From assembly GCA_965262115.1 (NCBI GenBank), contig OZ253496.1, positions 928,001-992,000 of the forward strand: a stretch of 64,000 nt of DNA, in the 5' to 3' direction. The notes beneath the pieces were generated by a model that saw nothing but the letters and a program-made list of their open reading frames with translations, was not told the DNA's origin and did not search any database. Source of the stretch: Nitrospinales bacterium (GTDB taxonomy: Bacteria; Nitrospinota; Nitrospinia; Nitrospinales; VA-1). Position 1 is the first letter of the stretch. Every line of letters begins with the position of its first letter. The position numbers and the translations under genes were made by a program. Positions 1-10,163 of the stretch are shown one piece after another.

Positions 1-105
1 AGAAAAAGCTTTATTTCATTGCCGATCAATATAATAATCAGACTTAAACTAAAATTTTAATTGGGATGCCTTTTTATTGCACCTCAAGCCTGATTGGAGT
101 CAGCC

Positions 106-1611
106 ATGACCACTGCAACCGCACCGCTTTCAGCGGTACAAGAATTCCTCGCCTCACCACAAAAACTATTGATCGATGGCAAGCGCGTCGACGCCGCCAA
201 CGGAGAAACTTTTGAAGTTCTGGACCCTTCTGACAACTCTGTCCTGACCCGCGTTCCCAAAGGTGAAAAGGAGGATATTGACCGGGCCGTTAAAGCGGCG
301 CGAAACGCCTTTGATAACGGACCCTGGAGGAAAATAACCGTTTCGGAACGGGGCAAGCTAATCTGGAAACTGGCCGACCTGATCGAACAGCGGAGCGAAG
401 AATTCGCGCAACTGGAAACTCTCGATAATGGAAAACCGCTTTCCATCGCCCGTGCCGCCGATGTGCCTCTTACTGTAGATCACTTCCGCTATTACGCCGG
501 AATGACGACCAAAATACATGGCGAAACGATTGACATCTCCGTTCCCTATGCGCCGGGTGCCGAGTTTCTCGATTTCACTTTACGCGAACCTATGGGCGTG
601 GTCGGACAGATCATCCCCTGGAACTTCCCCCTGCTCATGGCCACCTGGAAACTGGGCGTGGCTCTGGCAGCAGGCAATTGTGTGATCTTGAAACCGGCGG
701 AACAGACACCCCTATCCGCCTTGTATCTCGCTGGCCTGTTTGCCGAAGCGGGTTTCCCCGATGGAGTGGTCAATATCATCACTGGATTCGGCGATGCGGG
801 AGAAGCCCTCGCCAGCCATGAAAATGTCGACAAGGTCGCCTTCACCGGAAGCACCGAGGTAGGACATGAAATTGTCAAAGCCTCTGCCGGAAATTTAAAA
901 CGGGTTTCGCTGGAGTTGGGCGGCAAGTCGCCCAGCATTGTGTTCCCCGATGCCGACCTGGAAATGGCCGTCCAGGGAGTAGCGGACGCCATCTTTTTCA
1001 ACCATGGACAATGTTGCGCCGCGGGTTCACGCCTCCTGGTGCATGAAAATATTTATGAGGATCTAATCGGACGCGTTGCCGAGCTGGCAAATAACATCAA
1101 AGTCGGGCCGGGCATGTGCTCCGACACCGATATGGGCCCGCTGGTTTCACGGGAGCAACAGGAACGGGTATTGGACTACATCCGCTCCGGAGAGCAGCAA
1201 GGCGCCAAAACCCGTGCCGGTGGCAACGCTCTAAAGGGAATGGAATCGGGATGCTATGTTCAACCCACAGTTTTTGAAAATGTGAAACCGGAAATGAAAA
1301 TCGTGGCGGAAGAAATCTTCGGACCTGTCGTGGTGGCGGCACCCTTTGAAGACCTCGATGCTGTCATCGCTCGCGGCAACGATACACCTTATGGCCTCGC
1401 CGCCAGTGTGTGGACTAAAGACATCAACAAGGCACACAAAGTCGCAAAGGGACTTAAGGCCGGCACTGTGTGGGTGAACTGCCACAATATTTTTGACGCG
1501 GCAGCACCTTTCGGAGGCTACAAACATAGTGGGTTCGGAAGAGAAATGGGTATACACGCTCTGGAAAACTACACCCAAGTCAAAAACGTCATCCTCCAAC
1601 TCCACCACTAA
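106..1611 (+). CDS. NAD(P)-dependent aldehyde dehydrogenase
   Basis: IIPWNFP, FTGSTEVG, LELGGK, NHGQCCAAGSR and EEIFGPV motifs; ATG at 106 preceded by GGAG. Confidence 0.95.
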   Translation: MTTATAPLSAVQEFLASPQKLLIDGKRVDAANGETFEVLDPSDNSVLTRVPKGEKEDIDRAVKAARNAFDNGPWRKITVSERGKLIWKLADLIEQRSEEFAQLETLDNGKPLSIARAADVPLTVDHFRYYAGMTTKIHGETIDISVPYAPGAEFLDFTLREPMGVVGQIIPWNFPLLMATWKLGVALAAGNCVILKPAEQTPLSALYLAGLFAEAGFPDGVVNIITGFGDAGEALASHENVDKVAFTGSTEVGHEIVKASAGNLKRVSLELGGKSPSIVFPDADLEMAVQGVADAIFFNHGQCCAAGSRLLVHENIYEDLIGRVAELANNIKVGPGMCSDTDMGPLVSREQQERVLDYIRSGEQQGAKTRAGGNALKGMESGCYVQPTVFENVKPEMKIVAEEIFGPVVVAAPFEDLDAVIARGNDTPYGLAASVWTKDINKAHKVAKGLKAGTVWVNCHNIFDAAAPFGGYKHSGFGREMGIHALENYTQVKNVILQLHH

Positions 1612-1793
1612 GCCCGGCCAGCGGCCGGTAGGCGTAATATTCTTCCTCATCTGTGATGTTCTCTCTTCCTTGAACTTCATGCACGGCACGGGTACTTCGT
1701 GCCCTGAAAGGGTAAACTGGCAATACCCCGTTAAGCCGAGATAAGATTTGCTCGCCAAATAAAGTTATTGCTAGTTGGCCTCACGCCCAGTGG
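1605..1793. repeat. Modular palindromic repeat copy between convergent ALDH and histidine kinase
   Basis: CCACTAAG start, CTGTGA..TTCATGC..GGGTA module, GCAATA..GCCGAGATAA..TTATTGC, and minus-strand CCACTGGGCGTGAGGCCAACTAG; similar to loci at 4135, 35536 and 54558. Confidence 0.8.
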
Positions 1794-3192
1794 CGGGGAT
1801 GCGGATTTTGAAGCGGCTGCCCACACCCAGTTTGCTCTCGACTTCGATTGTTCCTTTATGAGCTTCGACAATATGCCTGCAGATGCTGAGCCCCAAGCCA
1901 CTGCCCCCTTCATCGCGTGACCGGGCTTTATCCACCCGGTAGAACCTATCAAAGATGGATGGCAGGTTTTTTTCTGGTATTCCGATGCCAGTATCTTGTA
2001 TCGACAACAAGGCAAACCCTGCTCCCTCCTGCAGAGAAACTTTCAACTCGCCGCCCGGTTGCGTGTATTTAATCCCATTGTGCAGAACATTCCAAACCAT
2101 TTGCCGGAGCCGCACCTCATCCCCATTGATTTTCACCGGCTCCAGAAACGCAATGACGATGGAGATATCTTTTTCACCGGCCAACACTTCGGCATGTTTG
2201 CATACTTCCTCTACCAGATCTCTCAAGTCCATCGCCTTGCAGTTGAGGAGAATATGGTTTTCGTCGGACTTGGAGAGGACAAACAAGTCTTCCAGCACTT
2301 TGGACATATAGTTGATCTCTTCTAGGTTACTGGCGATCACCTCCTGGTACTCTTTCGGTTCACGAGGTTTACTCAGCACCCATTCATTTTGCCCCTGTAA
2401 AACCGTCAACGGAGTCCTCAACTCATGCGAAGCATCACTGCTGAATTGCCGCATCTGAGCGAAAGAGTTTTCCAGCCGATCCATCATTTCATTAAAGGTC
2501 AGGGCCAGCTGGCCCAACTCATCCTTGACTTTTAGCACGGGAATGCGCTGGCTCAACTCCTGCCCCTGCCCGATATACCGGGCGGTCTGAATGATTTTGG
2601 ATATAGGTTTCAAAGCACGCCGGGCCAGAAATCGAGCGAACAGCGTAGCCAGAACAAGTACCGAGGGAACGGCGGTGAACAAGAATATTCTCAGGTTCTT
2701 CAGAGTCTCCCGCACCGCCTCCAATGAAGTCCCTACCTGAACCAGGTTGACCAGTTTTTTTTCCCGAATGATAGGCATGGTGATCACCCTAATGGGGTGA
2801 TTGCCATCCACAAGAAATGTTTCGTAGGAATTTTTACCCTCAAGGGCATCGGCATAGGCAGTTTGTGATAATGAGAACTTGGAGGCATCAATATTGTTAG
2901 ATCGCGACCCAACATTGCCGGAGCCATCATAGATTCTGTAAAACTTGTTGAGATTACTAGTTCCCATGAATCGCTCGAAAAGCTGGTCAAGTCCGGGCAA
3001 TGGTGAACGGTTGAATTTCATCACTGCCGAGGTAGCAACAACGGTGGCCGAAACCGTCAAGGAATTATCGACACTTTCATAAAGACGTTTAGAAAGAAAA
3101 TAATTTAGAAAAACACTGAATAGGATGAGGATGATGCCCAGTAACAGGATATACCAGGCCGTCAACCTGGACCGAATGGATTTGAAAGCCAT
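1771..3192 (-). CDS. Sensor histidine kinase, CusS/CzcS-like (2 TM, HAMP, HisKA, HATPase)
   Basis: DASHELRTPL H-box; N, G1, F and G2 boxes (NVLHNGIKY, DTGIGI, IFDRFYR, GSGLGL). Confidence 0.93.
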   Translation of the reverse strand: MAFKSIRSRLTAWYILLLGIILILFSVFLNYFLSKRLYESVDNSLTVSATVVATSAVMKFNRSPLPGLDQLFERFMGTSNLNKFYRIYDGSGNVGSRSNNIDASKFSLSQTAYADALEGKNSYETFLVDGNHPIRVITMPIIREKKLVNLVQVGTSLEAVRETLKNLRIFLFTAVPSVLVLATLFARFLARRALKPISKIIQTARYIGQGQELSQRIPVLKVKDELGQLALTFNEMMDRLENSFAQMRQFSSDASHELRTPLTVLQGQNEWVLSKPREPKEYQEVIASNLEEINYMSKVLEDLFVLSKSDENHILLNCKAMDLRDLVEEVCKHAEVLAGEKDISIVIAFLEPVKINGDEVRLRQMVWNVLHNGIKYTQPGGELKVSLQEGAGFALLSIQDTGIGIPEKNLPSIFDRFYRVDKARSRDEGGSGLGLSICRHIVEAHKGTIEVESKLGVGSRFKIRIPATGREAN

Positions 3193-3194
3193 AG

Positions 3195-3863
3195 CTATTC
3201 TTTCATAATGTATCCAACGCCCCGGAGGGTATGCAAAAGCTTTTGGGAATAGTTTTTATCGATTTTCTTTCTTAAATGATTGACGTAAACATCGATCACG
3301 TTGGTGAAGGTATCAAAATTATAATCCCAGACATGCTCGGCGATCATTGTTCTCGTCAGCACCTTGCCCTGATTCCGCAAGCAATATTCAAGCAAGCTGT
3401 ATTCTTTCCCGGTAAGTTCAATTTCCTGCTTTTCACGTTTCACTTTGTGACTGACCATATCCAGTGTCAGGTCGGCGATCTCCAGTGTCGTCCGGGCTTC
3501 GGCTTTTCCTCTGCGGAGCAGGACGCGTATCCTGGCCAAAAGTTCCGAAAATGCGAAAGGCTTGGTCAGATAATCATCGGCCCCTTTATTAAGGCCGGTC
3601 ACTTTGTCTTCTACGGAATCTTTAGCGGTGAGAAGAAGAATGGGGGTTTCGATCTTTCGGTCTCTCAAGGTGGATAAAACTTCCAGCCCGTCAATTTTTG
3701 GGAGCATGAGGTCCAGAATAATCAGGTCATACTGATTCTGCTCTCCGAGAAGCAGGCCCTCTTCCCCATCGGGCGCGACATCTACAGCGTATGTTTCCTC
3801 TTCAAGGCCTTTTTTAATGAAACCGGAAACTTTTTTCTCGTCTTCTACAATCAATATACGCAT
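3195..3863 (-). CDS. OmpR-family response regulator, CusR/CopR-like
   Basis: VEDE, ILDLMLP and GADDYLTKPF receiver motifs; winged-helix VWDYNFD..NVIDVYV..LRGVGY. Confidence 0.95.
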   Translation of the reverse strand: MRILIVEDEKKVSGFIKKGLEEETYAVDVAPDGEEGLLLGEQNQYDLIILDLMLPKIDGLEVLSTLRDRKIETPILLLTAKDSVEDKVTGLNKGADDYLTKPFAFSELLARIRVLLRRGKAEARTTLEIADLTLDMVSHKVKREKQEIELTGKEYSLLEYCLRNQGKVLTRTMIAEHVWDYNFDTFTNVIDVYVNHLRKKIDKNYSQKLLHTLRGVGYIMKE

Positions 3864-4070
3864 TTAGCCATCCCATTTTTTTTGCACTTTATGAAGCTCT
3901 ATCTCTCCTTTCAACATTTCAACATGTTTTTCACAATCTTTTTGGATCGCAGAATACATGGCCCGGCAACTTTCATCATTGGCATCAATCATGGCCTGCT
4001 TGCATATTTTCACCGCCTCATGGGAGGCTTCCAAGGCTTTTAAAATATTGTCGTTGAACTTTTTACTCAT
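3864..4070 (-). CDS. Small two-helix half-ferritin-like hypothetical protein with three Cys
   Basis: 68-aa ORF whose stop abuts the regulator ATG; pattern A..SHEA..IC...D..CR..Y..I.KDCEKH..ML. Confidence 0.7.
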   Translation of the reverse strand: MSKKFNDNILKALEASHEAVKICKQAMIDANDESCRAMYSAIQKDCEKHVEMLKGEIELHKVQKKWDG

Positions 4071-4134
4071 TTTTGACCCTTAATTATTCCGATCCCCATT
4101 CTATCATTAATTCTCTGCTGTTAAAGGGCTAATC

Positions 4135-4330
4135 CCACTAGCCGTGGGCCTGTGAAACCCCTTCCACAAATTTCATGCCCCGGGGGGTACAATGTGCAAT
4201 GACATTTATGAACAAGCAAAAAGTTGTCTCGGCTTAATGGGGTCTTATCCCATCCCCATAAGCCGAGAAAAAATTTGTCGACAATAAACAGCTATTGCTC
4301 ATTACCACCGGGCGTTGCCCGGTTCCTAGC
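4135..4330. repeat. Modular palindromic repeat, head-to-head double copy
   Basis: CCACTAGCCGTGGGCC, AAATTTCATG..GGGGTACAATG module, GCAAT..TCTCGGCTTAATGGGG / CCCCATAAGCCGAGA..CTATTGC. Confidence 0.8.
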
Positions 4331-4565
4331 GGTCGGCCAGTTCCCGCTCGAAAAGAAGCTTTACTAAAATGATTCCCAACGCCGCCCCGATAACAGGTAG
4401 AGCGTTGATCAATTCAAGCAGGTATTTTCCCATAAATCCGAAGTTCTCGATCAGGTAATGGGCAAACTTCACACCGGACTGATCCAGCCAGTAAAAAATA
4501 AGGTTGATGCCCATCCCGCAGACAAACCCGATAAAAGCCCCAAAACCATAATATGCGTATTTCAT
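4326..4565 (-). CDS. Small hypothetical membrane protein (2 TM)
   Basis: 79-aa ORF with two hydrophobic Gly-rich segments. Confidence 0.65.
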   Translation of the reverse strand: MKYAYYGFGAFIGFVCGMGINLIFYWLDQSGVKFAHYLIENFGFMGKYLLELINALPVIGAALGIILVKLLFERELADR

Positions 4566-4693
4566 GATTGATTTCCACCGATGGAACGCATTGATTCAAC
4601 TGGAAAAGTCTGCAAGACTTGGATTATGATGTTAAAAACACTATGCCATATTATACATACCTTGGTTCCATTTTATAATCATTAGGAAATGAA

Positions 4694-5434
4694 ATGCGGC
4701 TCGCAAACAAAACGGCCATCATCACCGGCGGTGGATCGGGAATAGGCCAAGCCTGTGCATGGGCTTTCTACCAGGAAGGCGCTAATGTGGTTTTATTTGG
4801 TCGAAGAGAAGACAAACTAAAAGAAACAGCCCAGGAACTAGGTTCCCGGGCCATGACGGTCCAGGGAGATATGACCCAAAGCAAAGACCTCGACCGGCTG
4901 GTCCAGGAAACCCAAAGCAAGTTCCATCGCATCGACATACTGGTCAACAATGCCGGTCTTTTCAAAGGTGCTCCTCTGCACGAAATTTCTGATGAACAGT
5001 ACGATGAAATGATGGACATCAATATGAGAGCGGTGTTCCAATTGACCCGCAAGGTGCTCCCAGTGATGATGGAACAAAAAGGTGGGAGCATCATCCATAT
5101 CAGTTCCATCCTCGGCATCATCGCCGTGCCTCAGGTGGCGGCTTATAATATTTCCAAAGGAGCCCTGATTCAACTGAGCCGGTCCATCGCTGTGGAATAC
5201 GGCAGTTATGGCATCCGCTCCAACGCCATTTGTCCCGGCCTGATAGAAACCGACATGACCGCCGACCTTATGAAGGACGAGGCGTTGATGCAGGAATGGA
5301 GTAAGGATTACCCGATAGGTCGGTTCGGAAAACCTGAGGATGTGGCCGATGCCTGCCTTTTTTTAGCCAGCGATGAATCCTCCTTTATAACCGGCACGGT
5401 TCTTCCGGTGGATGGCGGTTTCACAGCCCACTAG
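4694..5434 (+). CDS. Short-chain dehydrogenase/reductase (SDR)
   Basis: TGGGSGIG, NNAG, YNISK and DGG motifs. Confidence 0.95.
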   Translation: MRLANKTAIITGGGSGIGQACAWAFYQEGANVVLFGRREDKLKETAQELGSRAMTVQGDMTQSKDLDRLVQETQSKFHRIDILVNNAGLFKGAPLHEISDEQYDEMMDINMRAVFQLTRKVLPVMMEQKGGSIIHISSILGIIAVPQVAAYNISKGALIQLSRSIAVEYGSYGIRSNAICPGLIETDMTADLMKDEALMQEWSKDYPIGRFGKPEDVADACLFLASDESSFITGTVLPVDGGFTAH

Positions 5435-5533
5435 CCCCTTCGCAGGGGAGGCGACTAGCAATAATGTATGAGCAAGCAAAAATCTTTCTCGGCCCAATAA
5501 AACCATTAGTCATGTCCTGTGGCGGTTCGCCAC

Positions 5534-5829
5534 CCACTCGCCGTGGGGGCAAATAGCAATGGCTCATAGAGCCGAGATATAATTGATACCAGAAAACAGC
5601 CATTGCAAGTCACCGGCGGAGGTTCTCCGTCCACTCGCCGTGGGGGCAAATAGCAATGGCTCATAGAGCCGGGAGCATAATTGATACCAGAAAACAGCCA
5701 TTGCAAGTCACCGACTGAGGTTCTCCGCCCACTCGCCGTGGGGGCAAATAGCAATGGCTCATAGAGCCGGGAGCATAATTGATACCAGAAAACAGCCATT
5801 GCAAGTCACCGACTGAGGTTCTCCGCCCA
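5534..5829. repeat. Tandem array of three 97-98 bp units of the repeat family
   Basis: Units start CCACTCGCCGTGGGGGC at 5534, 5631 and 5729; units 2 and 3 are identical; a related degenerate segment lies at 5428-5533. Confidence 0.95.
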
Positions 5830-5842
5830 TTGAGGACAGTGC

Positions 5843-5871
5843 TTGACGGAACCCCTGCAGATGATTAAAAT
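5843..5871 (+). promoter_or_regulatory. Putative sigma70 promoter for gatB
   Basis: TTGACG-N17-TAAAAT. Confidence 0.6.
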
Positions 5872-5942
5872 CAGAGCCACTTGAAAAATCTCAACATACA
5901 CCGACCTTGTCACGCGAAAGGCTTGAGGATACGGATTCATTT

Positions 5943-7379
5943 ATGAAGTACGAGACTGTTATTGGGCTGGAAGTTCACGTCCAAATTAAAACCAAAACGA
6001 AAATATTCTGTTCCTGCTCCACCGAATTCGGCAAACCCCCGAACGCGAATACCTGTCCGATTTGTCTGGGAATGCCCGGAGTTCTTCCCGTTTTGAATAA
6101 ACGTTTTCTAGATGCCGCCATGAAGGCCTGCCTGGCGACTCATTGCACAATTGAACCAATGAACCGTTTTGCAAGGAAAAACTATTTTTATCCCGACCTT
6201 CCCAAAGGCTACCAGATCTCCCAATTCGAACTCCCTTTGGGAACGAACGGATTCATCAACATCAATGTAAACGGCACTAAGAAAAGGATCGGATTGACCC
6301 GCATTCATATGGAAGAAGATGCGGGAAAACTGATCCATGGGGAAAATCTGGGAAGTCCGGGGAAAAGCTATGTCGACTTTAATCGAACCGGGGTCCCACT
6401 ATGTGAAGTGGTCAGCGAGCCCGACCTGCGCTCGCCGGAAGAAGCCCGGGCCTACCTCACCGAGTTGAAAGCCATTCTGGAATACACCGAAGTCAGCGAT
6501 TGTAATATGGAAGAAGGAAGCCTGCGCTGTGACGCCAACGTCTCCATTCGTCCCGTTGGGCAAAAAGAGTTAGGAACCCGTGCAGAGTTGAAAAACCTCA
6601 ACTCCTTCAAATTCGTTCAGAAGGCTATTGAGTATGAAGTGGAACGGCAAACGAAGATTTTGGATCAGGGAGAGAGTGTAAAACAGGAAACCCGGCTTTA
6701 TGATTCGGACCGGGGCGAGACCTTCTCCATGCGAAGCAAAGAAGAAGCGCACGATTATCGTTATTTTCCCGAGCCGGACCTGGTTCCCATAGTTATCGAT
6801 GACGCATGGGTGGAAAAAATTCGCAAAACAATTCCCGAACTCCCCGAACAGAAACGCAAGCGTTTTACCAGCAGTTATAAAATCCCCGAATACGACGCCG
6901 GGGTTTTGACCTCCTCGAAGCCTCTGGCAGATTATTTCGAGCAGTGTGCAGCCCAGTTTCCGCAACCTAAAATTATCAGCAACTGGGTAATGGGAGACTT
7001 GTTGCGGGAATTGAAAAAGGATGGCAGGAGCATTAAAGAGTGCCCAGTTTCGCCCTCCGCACTGGTGAACCTGCTCAAACTGATCGATTCTGGAACGATC
7101 AGCGGTAATATCGCCAAAGGGGTTTTTGAAGAAATGTATCAAACGCAAAAACCGGCCGACCGTATCGTTGAGGAAAAGGGACTGAAACAAATCACCGATA
7201 GTTCTGCCATAGAAAAAATTGTCGATGAAATAATTCAAGCCAACCCCAGCCAGGTGGAGGAGTTCAAGGGCGGCAAAGAAAAAGTACTCGGTTTTCTGGT
7301 CGGTCAAATCATGAAGGCGAGCAAAGGCAAAGCCAACCCGGGCATGGTCAACAAATTACTGAAAGAAAAAATAGGGTGA
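5943..7379 (+). CDS. gatB: Asp-tRNA(Asn)/Glu-tRNA(Gln) amidotransferase subunit B
   Basis: [32 protein letters not shown] and [13 protein letters not shown] at 5943. Confidence 0.97.
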   Translation: MKYETVIGLEVHVQIKTKTKIFCSCSTEFGKPPNANTCPICLGMPGVLPVLNKRFLDAAMKACLATHCTIEPMNRFARKNYFYPDLPKGYQISQFELPLGTNGFININVNGTKKRIGLTRIHMEEDAGKLIHGENLGSPGKSYVDFNRTGVPLCEVVSEPDLRSPEEARAYLTELKAILEYTEVSDCNMEEGSLRCDANVSIRPVGQKELGTRAELKNLNSFKFVQKAIEYEVERQTKILDQGESVKQETRLYDSDRGETFSMRSKEEAHDYRYFPEPDLVPIVIDDAWVEKIRKTIPELPEQKRKRFTSSYKIPEYDAGVLTSSKPLADYFEQCAAQFPQPKIISNWVMGDLLRELKKDGRSIKECPVSPSALVNLLKLIDSGTISGNIAKGVFEEMYQTQKPADRIVEEKGLKQITDSSAIEKIVDEIIQANPSQVEEFKGGKEKVLGFLVGQIMKASKGKANPGMVNKLLKEKIG

Positions 7380-7927
7380 TGGCACAATCAATCTTCTACC
7401 CATCCAAAATTCTAAATTTGAAACCCGTTTCCTTTGTTGCGTTATTTCTTTTATTGGGAATTCTAAGTTCGAGCGCTCTTGTGGGCCCTGTAGAATCCGA
7501 TGACAAGCGTTATCTGGATCATGGCGACGGCACAATCACCGACACAAAAACCGGACTGATGTGGATGAAAAAAGATTCCTATCTTCATTCCGGCCACTGG
7601 CTCAACTGGCTTGAGGCTCACGAATATATCCGGAAACTCAATGATGAGGGATTTGCCCAATACATTGACTGGCAGTTGCCTTCCACTGAAGAACTGAAAA
7701 CCCTTTACGAACCGGAAAAGGTCAACAGTTCCCAGGCAGGAAAAGAAATGAAAATCCACGCGGACCCAATATTTGAAAAAAATGGGAGCGGCTCCCTGTG
7801 GTCGGCAGAGGAAAATGGGCGCTACAACGCATTTGGAGTGGTCTTCAATACCGGCGCGGTGTTTAACAGCAATAAAAGATCCCGATCTCGAAAGGCCACT
7901 CGGGCCGTTCGAATCAATACGGACTGA
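7376..7927 (+). CDS. Exported DUF1566 (Lcl C-terminal) domain protein
   Basis: Signal-like N-terminus; [16 protein letters not shown] and [10 protein letters not shown] motifs. Confidence 0.85.
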   Translation: MMAQSIFYPSKILNLKPVSFVALFLLLGILSSSALVGPVESDDKRYLDHGDGTITDTKTGLMWMKKDSYLHSGHWLNWLEAHEYIRKLNDEGFAQYIDWQLPSTEELKTLYEPEKVNSSQAGKEMKIHADPIFEKNGSGSLWSAEENGRYNAFGVVFNTGAVFNSNKRSRSRKATRAVRINTD

Positions 7928-7959
7928 CACAGCTACTTTCTTAAGGCAGAAATTAAAAA

Positions 7960-9576
7960 ATGACATCTCTTAAAAAGGCAATATTAGTAACCGTTCTGCT
8001 CCTTGCAACCGTTGCTCCCGCAAACGCGACCTACCCTTTGCCGGATGTTGCGCACTGGGATCTTTCGGTCTCCAATGAAAGAAATGATCCAGACTACCAG
8101 AAGGTCCGGGATCTGGTTGCGCAAAAACAATTTGACGAAGCACTTGCAATTCTTGGCAGGAAAATCACCGAACAACCTAAAGAAGCCACTCCTGATATTC
8201 TGAAAGCAGTGATTTTAAATGAAAAGGATGAGCCCAAGAAAGCTCTGGAAGTTCTGCTGACCGGATTTAAAAAGGAACGCCAGCACCCTGCCCTGCATTT
8301 TGCTTTCTGCCAGATCCACCGCAAACTGGGCAACGGCCTGATCTCGGAAAAGGCCTGTATCATCGCCGCCCAGCAACACCATCAAGATCCTCTAGCACAT
8401 TATGAGTTTGCTTTAACTTTGATGGCTCGAGGCAAGGCAAAAGAAGCTAATAAGGAGTTGGCGGAGAGCACCAGGCTGGACCCAAAAAATTCAACCTACC
8501 CTTACGAAAGGGGGATGATTTTTAATTATCTGAATCAGAATAATGAGGCCGAAAAATCTTTCAAGCGCGCGTTTTCACTCGACAAGAGCAATGTTGAAGC
8601 GGCTTACCAGCTCGCTTATCTTTATGCCACACGGAGCGACAAAGAACAGGCGGAATCCTATATCAACCACATTCTGGACAACCATCGGGATCAACCCAAG
8701 GCGGAGTCGGCTAAACTGCTCAAAGAATATATTTATAAAAATGAAACCGACAAATTGCCCTTGAAAGTTGTCCCGGGACAATATCATTTGAGCCGGTCAA
8801 AAACCCTTTACCAGTCCAAACAATTCGGTTTATGCATCATTGAGGCGGAAACCGCCGCACGACTGAGCCCCGATGACCTGGCAGTCCAGGAGATTCTTGT
8901 TGGACTCCACAGTATGTTTCTGCGGTTGGACATGGCGGAAAAATCTGTCGAGCAGTTTATTGAATACGCCAAAGACGACAACAAATTCAAGAGCCGAGGA
9001 CACCAGGAATTGGCAGACATAAAGGTTCTTCGAGGTCACTTGAGTAAAGCCAAAGAACACTATGAAAAGGCCAAGAGTCTGGGGGATCCTAACGGAATAG
9101 CCAAGGCCTCTCTGGATGAATTTCCAGAGAACATTAATTCAATAGAACGGCAACCTTTGAACCCAAATATTTTGTTAATTAATCCTACCGAAGCGTTGAA
9201 CAGAAAGGGGGAGATTTTTGCTCATTTTGGAATGTACCAACGAGCTCTGGGTATCTATTCCATGGTTTTAAGAATGGACCCCACCAATCTCACCACTTTG
9301 CTCAATACCGCCACCGCCAATTATAAAAACGAAAAATACACCCGAGCTATCTCTATTCTCGAAAGATTGTTTGTGATTCATCCCAACCACGAACATATCA
9401 TCGCCCACCGGTTACTACTGGCCCGGTCTTACGTCATGAACGGGGATCTTGGAGACGGAATCAAAAATCTTGAAATAGTTATGAAACTGCGCCCAAACAT
9501 GAAAAAAGTCATCGCCTCAGACCCGACTTTTGAGAAGTTAAGGGCTCTCGAATCTTTCAGAATTTTAGTTCAGTAA
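7960..9576 (+). CDS. Exported tetratricopeptide repeat protein
   Basis: Signal peptide and many TPR-like helix pairs (e.g. A..L..LDP.N). Confidence 0.85.
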   Translation: MTSLKKAILVTVLLLATVAPANATYPLPDVAHWDLSVSNERNDPDYQKVRDLVAQKQFDEALAILGRKITEQPKEATPDILKAVILNEKDEPKKALEVLLTGFKKERQHPALHFAFCQIHRKLGNGLISEKACIIAAQQHHQDPLAHYEFALTLMARGKAKEANKELAESTRLDPKNSTYPYERGMIFNYLNQNNEAEKSFKRAFSLDKSNVEAAYQLAYLYATRSDKEQAESYINHILDNHRDQPKAESAKLLKEYIYKNETDKLPLKVVPGQYHLSRSKTLYQSKQFGLCIIEAETAARLSPDDLAVQEILVGLHSMFLRLDMAEKSVEQFIEYAKDDNKFKSRGHQELADIKVLRGHLSKAKEHYEKAKSLGDPNGIAKASLDEFPENINSIERQPLNPNILLINPTEALNRKGEIFAHFGMYQRALGIYSMVLRMDPTNLTTLLNTATANYKNEKYTRAISILERLFVIHPNHEHIIAHRLLLARSYVMNGDLGDGIKNLEIVMKLRPNMKKVIASDPTFEKLRALESFRILVQ

Positions 9577-9701
9577 TCCCCATGTCTCAACAAAAAGTTA
9601 AGTTTGACTTTAAATTTACGTTCCTGTCTAATGCAGCACAATGTCACTGCTTTATTTTTTTCGTAAAGACCCCATGAACCCAAGGCACGGGGAGATAACA
9701 C

Positions 9702-10157
9702 ATGACTACACTCCAATATCCAACTAAGGGTTGGAAGTTTTTTCCAGTTTTCACATCTTTTCTCTCATTATTTTTTCTCCTGATTCAAACTCCAGCAACG
9801 TTTGCCCAAGGTATTTGTACGGATGGGTTGCAGGAATTACAAAAAAGCCAGGGAATTATTCAGACTAAGGGAGGGATTTGGGGGTATCTTGAACAATCTT
9901 CCGCTCTGAAAGACAAATCCATATTAGGACTGCAAATTGACGGCAAACTGCAACGCCTGATCGTTTCCTTTGAAAGCCTTTGTCAAGAAGGCAAAACCCC
10001 TACTCCAAAGCTTTATAATTTAATTTTAAACCTGATTGGGGATGCCAGAATGATTTTCAATAGACCTGCTGATCGGCAACCCAAAGAAAAGGTGTTGGAA
10101 AAATTGAACGGTCTAAACAAAAACATTGATGAACTGCTGGCCCAACTGCCCAGTTAA
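9702..10157 (+). CDS. Exported hypothetical helical protein
   Basis: GGAG RBS, signal peptide ending ..TFA, two Cys. Confidence 0.7.
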   Translation: MTTLQYPTKGWKFFPVFTSFLSLFFLLIQTPATFAQGICTDGLQELQKSQGIIQTKGGIWGYLEQSSALKDKSILGLQIDGKLQRLIVSFESLCQEGKTPTPKLYNLILNLIGDARMIFNRPADRQPKEKVLEKLNGLNKNIDELLAQLPS

Positions 10158-10163
10158 GCAACC

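Noticed and set aside
5421..5799. Minus-strand ORFs starting MAVFWYQL
   Set aside because: They are translations of the tandem repeat with shifting frames and no protein-like features.
5534..5829. CRISPR array
   Set aside because: Units are near-identical along their whole length, with no unique spacers and no cas genes.
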